Assembly: GCA_013239625.1 (NCBI GenBank)
Contig: MU054187.1
Location: 1 to 64,000 of the forward strand
DNA: 64,000 nucleotides
From: Lama guanicoe
Lineage: Eukaryota
Direction: 5' to 3'
Position 1 is the stretch's first letter, and each line of letters starts with the position of its first letter. The notes below the pieces were generated by a model, which was not told where the DNA came from, did not search any database, and worked only from the letters and a program-made list of their open reading frames with translations. Made by a program: the position numbers and the translations under genes. Below are positions 50,379 through 64,000 of this stretch, piece after piece.

Positions 50379-53300
50379 ATTCCTGCCATTTAGGACTTTC
50401 TTCTTTTAATTGAAGTTGCCATTATCTTTTTATATTCATGTATGTTTTGTAAGCACTGCCTTTATAGTAGATACAGATACACACATGAAAGCAGGCAGGT
50501 TCATTTCTTTAGCATTCTGTGTAGATGGAATGGTTTCTGAAGGATTATCAAGTGGTCTTTGCATAAAATTTTCATAATTCTTATGCCAAGGTGCTCTAAA
50601 TTATTGAAGTGTTTCTGTGCTTCATGATACTGTAGAATGTGATGAGAGTATATACTTCTAACAAATTTATAATGTGCATGATGATTTTTATATAACATTA
50701 ATATAGTGAAGGTGTTTTTACTTGGTTACATGGTCATATCATAGAAATACAGAGTAGAGTTGACTTTTTAATTAGTGCAAAATTTTAAGCTTAGGCCTAC
50801 TTCTGGCACAGTTTTGGTCCATGTATCCTTCATTATCAGTTGGTGTTAAGATTTAGATTAGTTTTAACACTCATCTGAGTAAATCATATTTGGTTGAAAA
50901 AAGAAGCTTTTGTTTGAAGGTAAACCATATATATTTAAATTTTTTAACCTCCTGTGCTAGTGTTACTTAAAACTGAAATGTAATTTGAAATAATTATTAA
51001 AAATACTTATGTTATAGTTTTGAAAGGGTAAGGTTTAAAGTCTATTATAATTTTAAAAGAATGAGTATTCAAAAATTCTCTAGTATTTAACTATGTTGAG
51101 AAAAATCACTTGCTTCATCTGGAATCTAGGCCATAAAACTATCAACATCAGAGCTGGAAGCTATGTATGCCTGTTGGCTTTGACCTAGACACTGGATATG
51201 TGCTGCTGTAAGATGAGAGAGCTGTAAGAGTAGTAAATAATTAAGACTAAAAATTAAAGGGTTTAAGGGTGAATAAACAGACATCTGTCATTTTGTTGTT
51301 GACTTTTGCCAGTGTAGACTGCTGAATGTTTGTGGTTTGAGTCTTGTTCAGTCTGCGCCCTCTAGGGCTCGTGGGTTTCCCCCAGCGTAGGAGGTGATTG
51401 TGCCCTGCTGTAGTTCACGGTGAGAATGAGTGATCCTGATGTTATACCAAGGCTGGCATTTTTGGAGTAGAAAAAAAGGAGGATGGCAAAAACTAAAGGA
51501 AAAGACTAGTTCTTTTTTTCTGAAAGAAAGTATATAGACTCCCTGTCAAACTGTGTTTTCCTTGCCTTCTCATTTGCATCTTACCTTTGTGGATGAGTTA
51601 ACATAACCTGTATGGGAATGACATAACTTTACTACCTCTTACCTGTATTAACTGCACTGCAGGAGAGAACTGAACTGTGGCCCACATTTTTCTTCACGGC
51701 TTTCTATGGAAGTGAGTCAGTACATTGTTTCTGGCTTTGCTTGCTGTCCCTCCCTCCCATGCTGGTGCAGGGTGCTTTGGAATTTTCCAGGTATGTCATC
51801 AGAGGAGGAGACACGGAGGAGGGCCAGAGCAGGGATTCACAATGCTCAGGGAGGGTCCTAGTGATTGTTGTGGGAAGAATTGAAAGTAAGTCAAGTGAAG
51901 TAGGGATAAAAATAATTACCTTAACTAAAAATGTATAAAACATTGAAAGCCCTTATCATATTTCAGTATCTTTTATCATCATATTTTAAAACTATTTTAA
52001 AATGTAAGCTGAGATTCTTTTTAGTGTGGATTTCGACACCTTTTTTTTGTGTTTGTGCCAAGAACACAGTGTTCTGTTAAGTCATTCAGTGACGATGATT
52101 GCTGGCTTGCTGCCAACCAGGGTCAAGTTCATTCAGATAAGTTTCAGTGTAGGTTCTGCAGTGAGTGAGGAACATTCCTCTTGTCTTGGCATGTTAGGTG
52201 GGTCTGGAGAATTAGTTGTTTTAAAACAAGATTATTAGTATTTTTTGTCTTTTAGGGATTTTTATTTGTGGCTTCAGTATACAAACAGTGCTTTTGATGC
52301 TGATGCCACCTTCTTGTCTGTTTATTGACTCCCCGTGCCTGAACTGGTGAAATATCACTGCTCTCCTAACCATACCAGACAAGTGTCTAGTAGGTATCAC
52401 ATGAACTCTGCTGTGTCATGTAGGTATTGCTTTATACCACTGAAGAGAACACACAATATTCAGAAAGTGCTTTTCTCAGTCACATATGCGAAATAAAACT
52501 CGAAAAGGTGGATTAGAAGCAAGAAAAATACTATAAAAATATACCCATCTTTAAGGATTTTATTCATCCTTTCATTCATTAGAGTGAATGGTTCTTTCTC
52601 TGTTTCTTGGGGTCTTTTTTCCTTATTTACCATCTTTGTTTCCCCATTACTGAAATGCATTGCCTCTGTTGTATTAAAAATGCAGTCAGTACACAGATAA
52701 AGATTAGAGCCTGAAAATTATACATGTTTAAACACATTTTTTCTGAAAATATTTAATTTGCTTATGTGTGAGTGAGTAAACAAATATATCTTGCCTTTTA
52801 ACTAGCTCACTACATCTTCAGAAGATAACTTTTTCCTCTATTTATTGAAGTATTTAGCCAAAGTGATTATGTTTGTGTAGATACTGATAAAGGTTTTAAA
52901 GAAGGCTTGCATTAGTGTCTCTTGGAATACATGATCTTTTTTTTTCCTGGTAATTTCTGTTTCTTTGTTTTTTGTGATTGACCACTGTCTTTCTTACTCA
53001 TTAATGCCTTTCTGGAACCTGGCAGGATGCCTTGTCTTCAGCTGCTCACTATGCACTTACTCAGAAGCTGGCCAGTTAATGGACAACAGTCACAGGTCAG
53101 ACTTGTGATGATGGAGCATTTAGGTGTGGGAACTTATTTTTATATCATAAAAAATAATCAAATAAAGCAAGTAAATCACAAACATATACTTTCATAGGCT
53201 TATATTAAGTATTTAAAACCAAACATGTTATCAGAAGCTGTTATATAAACATTTCTTTGGAGTATTTTTCAGCATGGGTTACTCTGGCTGGTCTTCCAGT

Positions 53301-56300
53301 GAAGCTTGAACAGAAGAAACATTTTTTTGTCCCCATTAAATCTTCCTTTGGCAAAAAGACTACTTGATCAGTCTCCCATGGATCTTTGAATGGTATTAAG
53401 ATTTTAAGGCAGATTGAATGTGCCTGAATGTCTCAGAAAGCCTTAGAATGTTAAATGCTGGAAGGAACATGCTACTTCTTTCTCTCCTTCCTCAGGAGGC
53501 ATGCTGTGTTAGTTGAAGGTCAGGGTTTGGGCACTGTACCCCAGCTCTCTTCCTGCTCCACTATGCCCTTTGTCATGGCTGCCAACAGTCACTGCCTCGC
53601 CTGCCTTTCTCCCCAGCTGGATGGCGTTTCTTGAGGGTGGGCTCATCATGAATGAGTGAGTGAATGAGTGAGTGGAGAGAGGCAAGACATGCAGATGGAT
53701 GATGGCAGGGACTTCAGAACACTGCTGGCAGAAGACTCACATACTCATGGTACCTGTGTCTGTGATGAAAGCATAATTGAATGCAGCTATTTAAACATCC
53801 AGTTCTCCTGAAAGTAGAGTTGGTGATATTATCTTTTTTACTGTGTGTATATTCCCTTAAACTTCTCTACTTTTCATCAGACAGCTTTATGCCTGTAATG
53901 AGGGAGCATAATTTCTCATTCAGTGATGACTCCCTCAGAGTGTCTGTCACTACTGAAGCTTTCATATTGTAGTTGAGGATACTGAACAATACATGCATCC
54001 TGATAACATCAGAATTTTCAACTGTGAGAAAAATTAAGTGGAGAAAGATTCTGTACTTCATTAAGGAAATGAGTTAAAGGAATGAGTGTGTAATAAGTAC
54101 GCATGATCACAGGGCCTGGCCATTTGAGAACCTTTTATCAAAGTTTTATGTGATCATTAAATTTCATGTAGACAGCTCATTAGCACAGTTGACGTGTCCC
54201 ATCGGTTGAATATGTGGTGATGATCTGTATAACTTACCTTTTCGGGAGAAGTTTTAATGGAAACCTTTCTTGAACAGACAGCACATTTGTGGTGGGTAGG
54301 GGCAGGGAGGGTTTGTATCTGAGACTTAAAGTAAGACCAATATATACATAAAGTATTCAGTGCCCTAGAATCTTGGGCACTGAACTTCAGTTTTCAAAAC
54401 TTGTAAAGACATCTGCTGTTTTGTGGGTGCCCACCTGATACATAGAGTGCTACAGAATCTCGCTTACATTCAGTTTCTCATTCAGTTTCCACAGTGACCC
54501 TGTTGAGATAGGCATTACTGTCTCTATTTTGCCTATGGGATAACCTGGCTGTGTCTCAAATTAAAAACTTGCCCAGCATTCCTCCACTGGTAAGGGGCAG
54601 ATGAGGACAACCAGCAGAATCTTTGGGTTAAATCCTAGGAGAAGAATCTCCTTACATTCTAATCAGTTTAAGTTCAGTGCTCATGTAAAAGGTTTTGAGT
54701 CTTAAATAAGTAGGAAATTAAGGAGGAAGTGTGAATTTTTCAGCCAGGCTTGTAAGGGAATACATAAACTAGTTTGCTTCTTGTTCATCCTTTATTTAGA
54801 GTCTTCCACCTAAATTTTTAGCCTTGACACACCTTGGTATTTGGATCTGAGAGAGGGAAAGTCATTCCACCATGTTTTCACATCCCAACACCCACTCCCC
54901 AGCTACCAGCCAGAACTAGCTGTGCTTATCTCACCTGTAGTGGAGACTCAGTGCACTGCTCTACATGGTGTGTGTCTTAGAATTTTTAAAGATATCCCAC
55001 TAGGTTCTAGGATATCTACCTGAAAAAAGGACCAAGTGGAGGGGTTGAGGAAGGTCAAGAGAAGGAGGACATTTGCTTGAGTCAGACTTTTTTCCTTTAT
55101 CTTATTTTTACTCCATCAGTTCACTTTGGTTATGGGTCACGTTCTTTCTGTGGTATGATGGAGCAAGGCAGCATTTATTTCCCTCACTATACGATTTCTG
55201 GTTCTGTTGTGTTTTTGAGCCAAATTTCTAAGAGGGAAAGCACACAGAACCTCAAAGTCATTTCCATAAATATGTGCTTCTGTTTTGTTTTTCACTTATA
55301 AGAAATTTGAAATCTGGAATTTTGGGTTCTGAAAAACATAATTGAGGAAGGAAGTGGGAGGAAATAAGGAGAAAGGAAAGGAGATTTCTTATGTGTTGAG
55401 CATGTAGTGTTTTAAAGCTGCGTGCAGGTCAGTGAATGATATTAGAGAGCATGAAATATAAATATACATATCTGTGTTTCAGCAAATTTGTGAGTATTTA
55501 CTCACTGAAGTGTGTGTGGCTTACACATATTTTATTCTGATGGTCTTTGCTTTCCACCCTGGTCCGAATTGCCATCCTTATTTATCAAATCTGTTTACAA
55601 GTAAACTGGGCTTTGAGCTGACCATTTTATTTTAAAGGAATACATATCTTATTTTTTCCCAGATAATCATGTGTCAAAAATAATAGGTTTACAGTGTACG
55701 CTCACTCCTGAGTTAGGCTTGTTTCCCTGTGGTGACTGGTGACAAGACCTAAAACAGATACTCTTAATTTAAGATGAAGATTTAAGGCTCAGATCTCCTT
55801 TTATCTACCCCACAACAAGTTTTGTGAAGAGAAAACAAAATTAAATACATTCACATTAGTTCCCTCTGTAGTTGTCTCTAAACATGGAATGTCATTGGCT
55901 TAGATTGTCTAACAAGGACTTCTCAGTTCAAGAGCACTTTCTGACCCTTATATTACTTCAGAATTTTAAAGATTTTGTTTTCATGTAATATGTCCCCCAC
56001 CCCTTTCTAAATGGGTTCTAGTCCTGCTCATAGTTATTTACATTTAAGAAGTTGGGATGTCATATACACACATACACACACACTCCTCTTGCTGAATTTT
56101 CTCTTCATTATTAACTCTTAACCACAGTGTAATTTTTTTGTAGTCTTTTTAGCTAGGGGTAATTAAACATTTTTGTATAATTTATTTTCATTTTAAGACA
56201 ATAACTCCAGTGTGACTGCGATTTTATAGACATCTGGTGATGAGAGTGAGACATAATGGTCTCAGACCCTTGTATTTGTGTATAGTTTTAGTAGATTTCT

Positions 56301-57140
56301 GTTTTAGGTTATTATCTGTGACACTTTAGAGGAAAACTTCATATCGCCTCTGTTACCATTGTGTTGGAACACTGTCAATCCTGTATGTTGACAGCATCGC
56401 TCATTTGAAAAGCACCACAGTCAAGGCTTCTGCTGGTTTGGGAGTCTTAGGTCCCAGTTCTGTGCATCAGAGCAAGTGAAGGAGCCCTCATTTTGGCTGT
56501 ACCTACAGGGGCAAAATGGAAAAGACAGTTGATGAATACAGAGCAGTGACTTTATGTCTTATCTTTTCTACTGGGATGAGATGTGGTATGAATTTGCTTT
56601 AATTCTTTTTCCTGTTTTCCTCGAAACTTAACCACTGCAGGTAAACTTGAGATTTTGATCACTTAGTCTTATGGCCTATAGAGTTTGTAAGTGTCCTCCA
56701 GTTTAGGGTAGAGAGCATCCCGCCTCTAAAGAAAGTACAGTCGTTGTGTGTGTGTTGCATATATTTTTCGTGTCTCAAGAGTATGTCATGAATGATACAG
56801 TTCTTATTTTGGAATGTACCACTAGCTTTCTCTTCCACGGTATTCTTCCTACTCCAAAAAAATGGATCCTCAGTAACACCAAGCCACAGCAGTGGCTCAG
56901 GATTGGCTTTCATACCAAATCGTAAGTACGTATGCATGTGTGTAAAACTGTTCGAAAGACCCTGGAACAGTTTACCACTCTCTGTGACAGAAATGGGGAA
57001 ACAGGCAACAAAAATCATTGCTATGTGGCTGGTTATTTCTCAGTAGTCCCTAAGCAGCCAAATAATAATCACTCTCCACTTGTAATTCAGCAAGCCTGGA
57101 GAAATTTATTCCGCTCACCTTACTTGTCATTGATCAAGCT

Positions 57141-57435
57141 CCAGGGCAGGAGGCCTGTGAATGCATGTGGACCCGGGCAAGTGGGACCCAGAGGGCCTGA
57201 CCCAGTACAGGGGCTGTAAGTCCTGGTCAGCTCTTTACTTGCGAGAATGTGATTCCAGCATTGCCAGAGCCTCTCAATTTCAAGAGAACCTATCAATCCA
57301 GATCTCTGTGTGAGATCTTCCAGTTTCTACATGTAGACAGCTAGTTCAAAGAAAAGTAAAAACCAAAAGTGAAAAATTCTGTAGGGCAAAAAGCAAAACC
57401 AAAAACATTTCTGTGGCTGCAGGTTTGCGTCCTGT
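57141..57435. mobile_element. MER102-like hAT-Charlie element
   Basis: TTGCCAGA..TTTCAAGAGAA..TCCAGATCTCTGTGTGAGATCT..CAGGTTTGCGTCCTGTG. Confidence 0.5.
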
Positions 57436-57987
57436 GCTTTTAAGTATCTTGTGGTGCCCATCAGCCTTGTTCTTGGAATTGCCAGACCACAAACATTGCT
57501 TTGGTGCTGTTTGCATTTATGGTAGGATAGGACTTTGATTCAACATTTATTTAGCGTTTTTGGTGAACATTTTTCACACTTTGCTTAAATGCTGTTGTGC
57601 TTATTAATATTGAAAATAAGAGGTGAATGATGCTGATGAAACTAAAAAAAAAATTACAGCTGATAAACAGATTAAATGACCACATTACGTAAATAAAAAT
57701 ATCTAAAGTGTTAATGCTGTGACCTCGAGTAGGTTCAAAACTGCTCTGACTTCAGTTTTATCATCCCTAAAATTAGGACAGTAATATCTATTAGACCTTA
57801 TTGTCAGGTTCAGGTGGGGCAATGTATGAGGATGAAAGAGCTTTGTAGACGAGTGCTCTGTGGTGGGTGTTCCTGCATCCTTGACTCGAGTTTAGGCTTC
57901 ACTGGAAGAGCCATTGCCACCTTGTTGGCCTAATCTGGGCCAAAAGTGTCAGAGGAACCCTGGCTGTGGTTTCAGGCAATGTTTTTG

Positions 57988-58122
57988 TTTTTTGTTTTCC
58001 TTTTTTTTTAATTGAGGTATAATTGACATGTAACAATATATTAGTTTGAGGTGTACAGTAATGATTTGATATTTGTATATTGCAAAATGATCGCCACAGT
58101 TAGTCAAGTTCACATCCACCAA
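57988..58122 (-). mobile_element. 5'-truncated L1MA-like 3' end with TSD
   Basis: Poly(T) then TTAATTGAGGTATAATTGACAT; 12-bp TSD GCAATGTTTTTG at 57976-57987 and 58123-58134. Confidence 0.85.
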
Positions 58123-58601
58123 GCAATGTTTTTGATCCTGTAATGTCAAAGTAGGTTTTATTTTTTTTTCATGTGAGATGTAGAACCTACTCCTGGATGA
58201 GGAACTAACTCCACTAGCTGGTTAGGTCTGCTTAGTTGTTTAATTACTGGTTGGCAGGCCCCAGTTTCTCTTTAGCTCACAGATAGAATTCGCATTTGAA
58301 AAATATTCAGTGTTCGTTTGATTTCTTTCAGTTGTAACAAATCTTACAAACTATGATTTGAATTTCTGAAACACGGTATGTTTCTCATAGTCTTTTCAGT
58401 GCCATTTCTGGTAAAGCAGGCCTCATAATCCAAAAATATTTGCTAAAATGTACCTCTATCTTTAATAATTAAGTTTTTTTTTTCTTTGAGTTTGTTGTGA
58501 GAGCCTATCTTGGATCTGTAACTACTGCAAAATCTTGGGTGAGTTTCCAGGCTTCTCTGCATGCATATAGGGAGGTAGCAGATGGAGATTCTTTAATTTT
58601 A

Positions 58602-59100
58602 GTTTTTTAATTGATTTGGTTTTTAATTGAAATATATTGGACACATAACACTGTATAAATAAATTTAAGGTGTACAGCATGTTAATTTCATACATTTATA
58701 TATTGCAGTATGATTGCAATTGTAGCAATAATTAGCAGCTTTCTGAGTTGCATAATTATCATTTCTTCCTAGTGGCTGGAATTATTAAGTTTCAGTCTCT
58801 CAGGAAGTTGGATAATTATAATACATGATTGTTGTCTATATTCATGATGCTGTACATTTGTTAGATCTCTAGGGCTTATTTACTACCTGCTGAAAGTTTG
58901 TACCCTTCCACCACATCTGTCCTGCCCTACACCCCCTACCCCCTGGTAACCACCATTTTACTCTCTGCCTTTACAAGTTTGGCTTGTTTAGATTCCACGT
59001 GTAAGTGATAACCATGCCGTACTTCTCTTCCTCTGTCTGACTTAGCTCTTTTAGCTTAATTGTCTCCAGGTCCATCCACATGGTTGTAAATGGCGTGGTT
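58602..59100 (-). mobile_element. L1MA-like 3' end
   Basis: TTTAAGGTGTACAGC..CCCTGGTAACCACCATTTTACTCTCTG..TTTAGATTCCACGTGTAAGTGA. Confidence 0.8.
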
Positions 59101-61178
59101 GGGCAGTCTCTTCTGTGGGATGAGCAGCCTCGTATGTGCAGTTACCTTCTGTCTGCCCTTGCAGTAGGCCTGTGTCTGGTCTCCTGGATGTGTCTGTGCT
59201 GTGTACAGCACAGCACCCATCTCAGATGAAGGAGTCCACAAATATTTGGGCGTGTTACCTCTATGACTTGTTTTCTTACACAAGAGAAGATCTGGTAAAG
59301 ACATATATGTGTATTTCTGGAAGCATCAAGCTTCTTCTTGGGCATTGAGCTTTATAACAGACCGTGGATAATCTGCCCCATTTCCGCACTTGCAGAGGTA
59401 GCTCTGCCTGGCCTCTGTAGGTACCAGGTTCACATGGTCCACACACCACAGGCAAGGATGGAAGCCTCCTCACTCCTGCTCCATCTGCCCACAGTCCCCT
59501 TCCCCCAGTAGCCCAACACCATTATTAAATTCTTCCAGAGATGTAAATAAATGTATATGAAAATCTGTCTCCTGTCCTTCTTAGACGGGAGGCAGCATAC
59601 TTGACATACCATGCTCCACACGAAGGGCACATTTAGTGTGCCCATATCTTTCTGCTCTGGCTCAGGAAGTCTCGTTCTTTTTACCATGGTGTCGCGTTGT
59701 CCCAGCACGTGGTGATATCCTTGTTCATTTAGCTGTTCCCCTCTGGGTGGACTTTCAGATTGTTTCCCATCTTTTACTTATGAAACAAAGCACATGACTG
59801 AGAGTTTTACACATGAAAATGTACATTTTCCAAGTTCTATTCCTCTTCCTACTTTAAAACTTCTTTTGCTATGTTTTCAACATCTAGAAGAAGTAGTTTA
59901 TTGTCCTAGAATCTGTTTTCTATTTACTCCTATTTTAAGAGTCTTAAATATTTAATTTAAACATTAAATAAATTGACTTGTATGCAACTCTGGACTGTTA
60001 GTCATTTTATTACCTCATTCTTGTAGAGACCAGAGTGGGTGGCCTACTGTATTAACCTCTGTTCTAAAGATGTTCTTCCAGGCAAGGAGAGGTAATGATT
60101 ATAAAAACAAGTGAAAGCTTAGGACTACAGTTGTAGATTGGATTGGGGGGGGGAGTACTGATTCTTTAGTTTCTTGTATGTGCTGCATAAAATGCTGAGG
60201 GATTGAAAAAGAATATGTCTGAATGTACACTTCATATCCACGGAGAGAGATCTTGATAAAGTGGGAGAGAAACAGTGCACCTGTGGAGAAGTGACAGGAG
60301 TCAGAACAGAATACGGCTGATGCCCAGCGGTGTGGGTGCAGGGGCTCTTGAGGCAGATGATGATCAGAAAAGCCTTCGTGAGCTGCAGGCATGTCTGACT
60401 GAGAGAGCAGTGCACAGAGCCTGAGATGGGACTAGAAAGGTGAGATGTCCAAGAGGCTGACTCTGCGATGTAGAGTAGGATTATTGGGCTCCAGCTATGA
60501 GTTTGGAGCCCAGGGAATGCTGAGTGTTGGTCTTAGGTCCTAGGATGAAGAGAGCTGCTCTGGTTCCCTTGTGGGGATTGCCGAGTCATCTGAGTGATGT
60601 GTTGGGGACTTCATAGACATGTGTGCATGGACAGAAGGAGAAGAAAAGGAAGTTCCGGGGAGGTTAGGTTAGGAGACCAGTGTTTCTAATGACCCCATTC
60701 TAGACACAGAGTGTGCTGAAGAATGGAAGGGGGAAGGGAGAGTGTTCAAATTTGTTGATGAGTTAGTTTCAGTTTGGTTTGATGTCCAAGTGAACAGAGG
60801 GTAAAATATAGATAAAATAATCAAGCTAAGGCTGATGTCCCGGAACACTAGCTACCTGCTGGTATAATGAAAATCAGAAAGGAATGACTGAAGGAAAAGG
60901 TTAGTAGTTCAGTTTTATCATGTGAGGTTGAGTGAGATATTCAAGTGTAAGTGTCTCAGGCCTTTGTAAGTGAGTAAATTAAGGATACAAGAGCAGGAGA
61001 TACAGATTTAAGAGTTGTCTATAATTTTTTGCTTTTTGCAATCTCAGGATTGAACAGTAAAATCATTATACAGAGAGAACCCAAGTACCCTATTTCTAAT
61101 CAGTACCATAAAATTCTTCCCTTGATGGTAAGTATTTTGATGCCAAGTTTTTGTGGTTTTTGAGTTTTCTTTATAAAT

Positions 61179-61773
61179 TGTGGTAGGTGGAATTCTAAAA
61201 TGGCCTCAGCATCCCTGCTTCCTGCTGTACCTTGCATAACCCTTCAGACTTGACTAGGGTGGCATTTACTCCCATGTCTAGGTTTTGTTATATATAGCAC
61301 AGTGGACTTGAAAACTAGAGTTGATCCTTGGTGGGCCTGAGCCCTTTAAATCTGGGTCTAGAGGTCAGAGACTGAGGAAGTCAGAGATTAGAAGTATAAG
61401 AGGGATTTATGTAATATTACTGGTTCACAGTTGGAAGAGGCCACAGGGCATGGATGTGGCAGCGTCTTGGAGCTCAGAGTGGACCCTGGCCGACAGCCAG
61501 CAAGGAAGTGGAGACCTCAGTAATAAAGCTGAAAGGGGCTAAATTCTGCCAATAAAAAGAATGAGCTTACAACCAGATTTTTCTCCAGAGCCTCCAGGGG
61601 AGAACTAAGCCCAGCCAGTACCTTGATTTCAGCTTCGTGATACTGTAGCAGAGGACTCAGTTTAAACATGCAAGACTTGTGGCCTAGAGAACTACTAGCT
61701 AATAATAAGCCAGTGTGACTATAGTCTCCTGAGTTTGTGGATACTTGTGTAACACATGATAGAAAAACTAACA
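61179..61773 (+). mobile_element. MLT1 (E/F-like) MaLR solo LTR
   Basis: TGTGGTAGGTGGAATTCTAAAATGGCC ... GATAGAAAAACTAACA; 5-bp flanks TAAAT and TAAAG. Confidence 0.75.
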
Positions 61774-64000
61774 TAAAGCTTGGGAACAGCATTTAAAGGG
61801 CACAGATAGTGTAATTTATTATGTAAACCCACATGTTTAAGACAGTGGGAATATGTGAACATAATGAAGTTAATTAAGTAGCTGGCAAGAAGTTCTGCTG
61901 CTGGCGTCTTGCACATTCACAGAGCCACATTCACTGTCCTTCCCTTTGGGAGCCCTCTTTGACCCCCTTCCCCTCCAACCCCCGGGCCTGGCTTCCCGCC
62001 CTTCTTGCACACCCTGTAGCACTCGTCCTTCCCCCTTTCCTAGCATGTAGTGCACTCTGTAGAGGCAGATTATTCCCTGTCTGTAAATGGCCTGAGTCTG
62101 TCTGAGTGTCTGCAGCGGCAGTGTCTCGCAGAGCACTTGGTGTTCTGCACTTGTGTTGAATGAAGAGGCGAAAGGAAGGTAGGACCATTAGAGCACAGTG
62201 ACTCAAAAACCCAACTAGAAATTGTAGGATGATGATTATCAGTGGTTCACAGAGTCAGAGGGAGCTGAGAAGTTAAAAGGATGGTTTTGCCACTCTTGAT
62301 TGTGGACCATTTAGAGTAAAATGCTAAATGCTAAAACAAGATTTCAGAAATAAGAATTAAAAAGCAAATCCTTGGTGCCTCACATCTCCTGCAGAGGTGA
62401 ACATGCTGTGGGTCTTGATAGAGAGAAGTGACATGGTCACACTCACTTCCTACACGGTAGAGAAAGTCGCACATGGTCTTTTATGAAAAACTGTTAGTAG
62501 CCTCCTTCTTGTTAATACCACTATTAAATATTTATAAAACCTATTACTGACTAAAAACATATATGAGTACTGTTTCTTGTTTAATGGTGGAAAACGACTG
62601 CTCTGTGAATATAAGCAGCTGGGAAAGAATTCTGGACATGATAAAAAAATTTAAAAGAGAGATAATTGGGTGGGGCATGAAGTTTCTTTTGAGTTTCTGT
62701 CATCCACAGATGAAAGGGATGGAAACAACTTCTAGAGGTTCCTTAAACCTTATCATGAAAGTTGTATTAAACTACAGACAATAACTTGGGCTATTTCATT
62801 TCATGCCAAGGAACTGACTAGTAATGTTTTCTTTGTGACTAGGATACATTTTGTAGGCAAGTGAAAGTAAACCCTAGGAGAAGTTATGATTTATCATAGA
62901 GCCCAGAAGCTCATTGGGGAAGGGTTTGTATGTGAAGAGGACAGTGCAGGGCATCTTCAAATGAAGAGGAACATAACCAAGATTCTTACTGGGTAGGAGC
63001 AGATGAGTGAGAGCAGTCTTCCTCTGTCCCTTTAAGTCGATATCAACATCAGAATTTTTCCAGAAAAGCTTTCTTCAAGGAATAGAGAAGGAGAACAGCA
63101 GCTCCTAACAGTTAATGAAGACATGATTTGACTTCTGTGGGCAAGCTTTACCCCAAACTGCATTGGCAAAGTTTCAAATTATAATTAATGATAGCCTGAA
63201 TATTTTAAGTTTTAAGTATATGTAAGACCACAAGTCATTTCTTCAGTATTTTCTCAAGTTCTTAAGACACTTAATTCTCCCTCTTGACTTCCTCTTCATC
63301 TTGGAAACTGCAATTTCCTTGGTAGGAACAACTTCCTGCTGGGCACCACTGTCTTTGGCCACTTCTGTCTTGAATGCCCTGTGTTTTCACCTAGAGCCAT
63401 AACTGCATTGCAACACAGGCCATTTCATCATCCTATGAGTTGAGAAAGTCAAGCAGGAAATCACCAGTTGACTGTCCCCAGTGCAAGCTTCGTGTTTCTT
63501 GGTTGCTGTGTCATGATAGGCAGTTATGAAGGGGATGCTTTATAGGAAGAACCTCTTTTCTAGGGTATGTTTAAGAGTCTAACTATCTGGGGAACAAAAT
63601 ACATGTGGAAAGAAAATATTTTCATCACAGTTTGAAAAAGATCCTATTGTTCAGGGCTGTTTTCTACAGCCATATTAAATCCACTCATTTCCAACAGCGA
63701 CTCTTTTGATTTGTCTATCTCTTTCTATTTTTTAAGTATGTTGTCAACCCCCTACCCCCCGCCATTGTATGGGTGTCTTTTCCTTTAACAGAGTGGAAAA
63801 TAATCTCCATTTATCTTCCATTCTCTCCTGTGTTCTATGCTTCAGGTCTGTTGTGTTCTGTTAATCGCATCTTCTCTACACAGGAGCTGATTTCATGATT
63901 ATCTCTTGAAAAGGTGGTTTCCTAGATGTAACAATGGGTCAGAACAGAAGTGTTTAACCTATCCAGCAAGTAGTATCTGTAAATTTGGTTGTGGTCTCCT

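Noticed and set aside
20260..64000. SPIDR exon 6 or a nested protein-coding gene
   Set aside because: I found no segment encoding the expected IEILEYSSDSE-like sequence. The listed ORFs are short and either repeat-derived or low-complexity. Small alternative exons cannot be excluded by eye.

Overview
Mammalian genomic DNA, most likely camelid, judged from tRNA-derived SINEs of the GGGGAGGG..TATAGCTCAG..GGTTCAATCCCCAGTACCTCC type and the young L1 3' ends. The window opens with a (CCCTAA)n telomeric array (1-48) joined directly to a decayed L1, with no subtelomeric satellite block. About 5 kb further in is the CpG-island promoter of SPIDR (KIAA0146, scaffold protein involved in DNA repair) on the + strand. 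Coding exons 1-5 (5261-5293, 6908-7063, 7720-7786, 14126-14302, 20096-20259) splice in frame into the first 199 aa. I found no exon 6, so the rest of the window is the long intron 5. The introns are full of nested transposon fossils: a near full-length Tigger1, a near full-length L1, solo ERV/MaLR LTRs, MITEs, MIR/L2 and camelid SINEs. Main observations: a telomere abutting an HR-gene promoter with tandem antisense poly(A) signals between them, a duplicated core-promoter/start-codon module, clusters of AT-to-GC substitutions in repeats, a probable L1 3' transduction, an internally primed L1 insertion and a candidate recursive splice site. I see no new protein-coding system; almost all listed ORFs are repeat or intron noise. 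Repeat family names come from recalled consensus sequences, and boundaries without TSDs are approximate.
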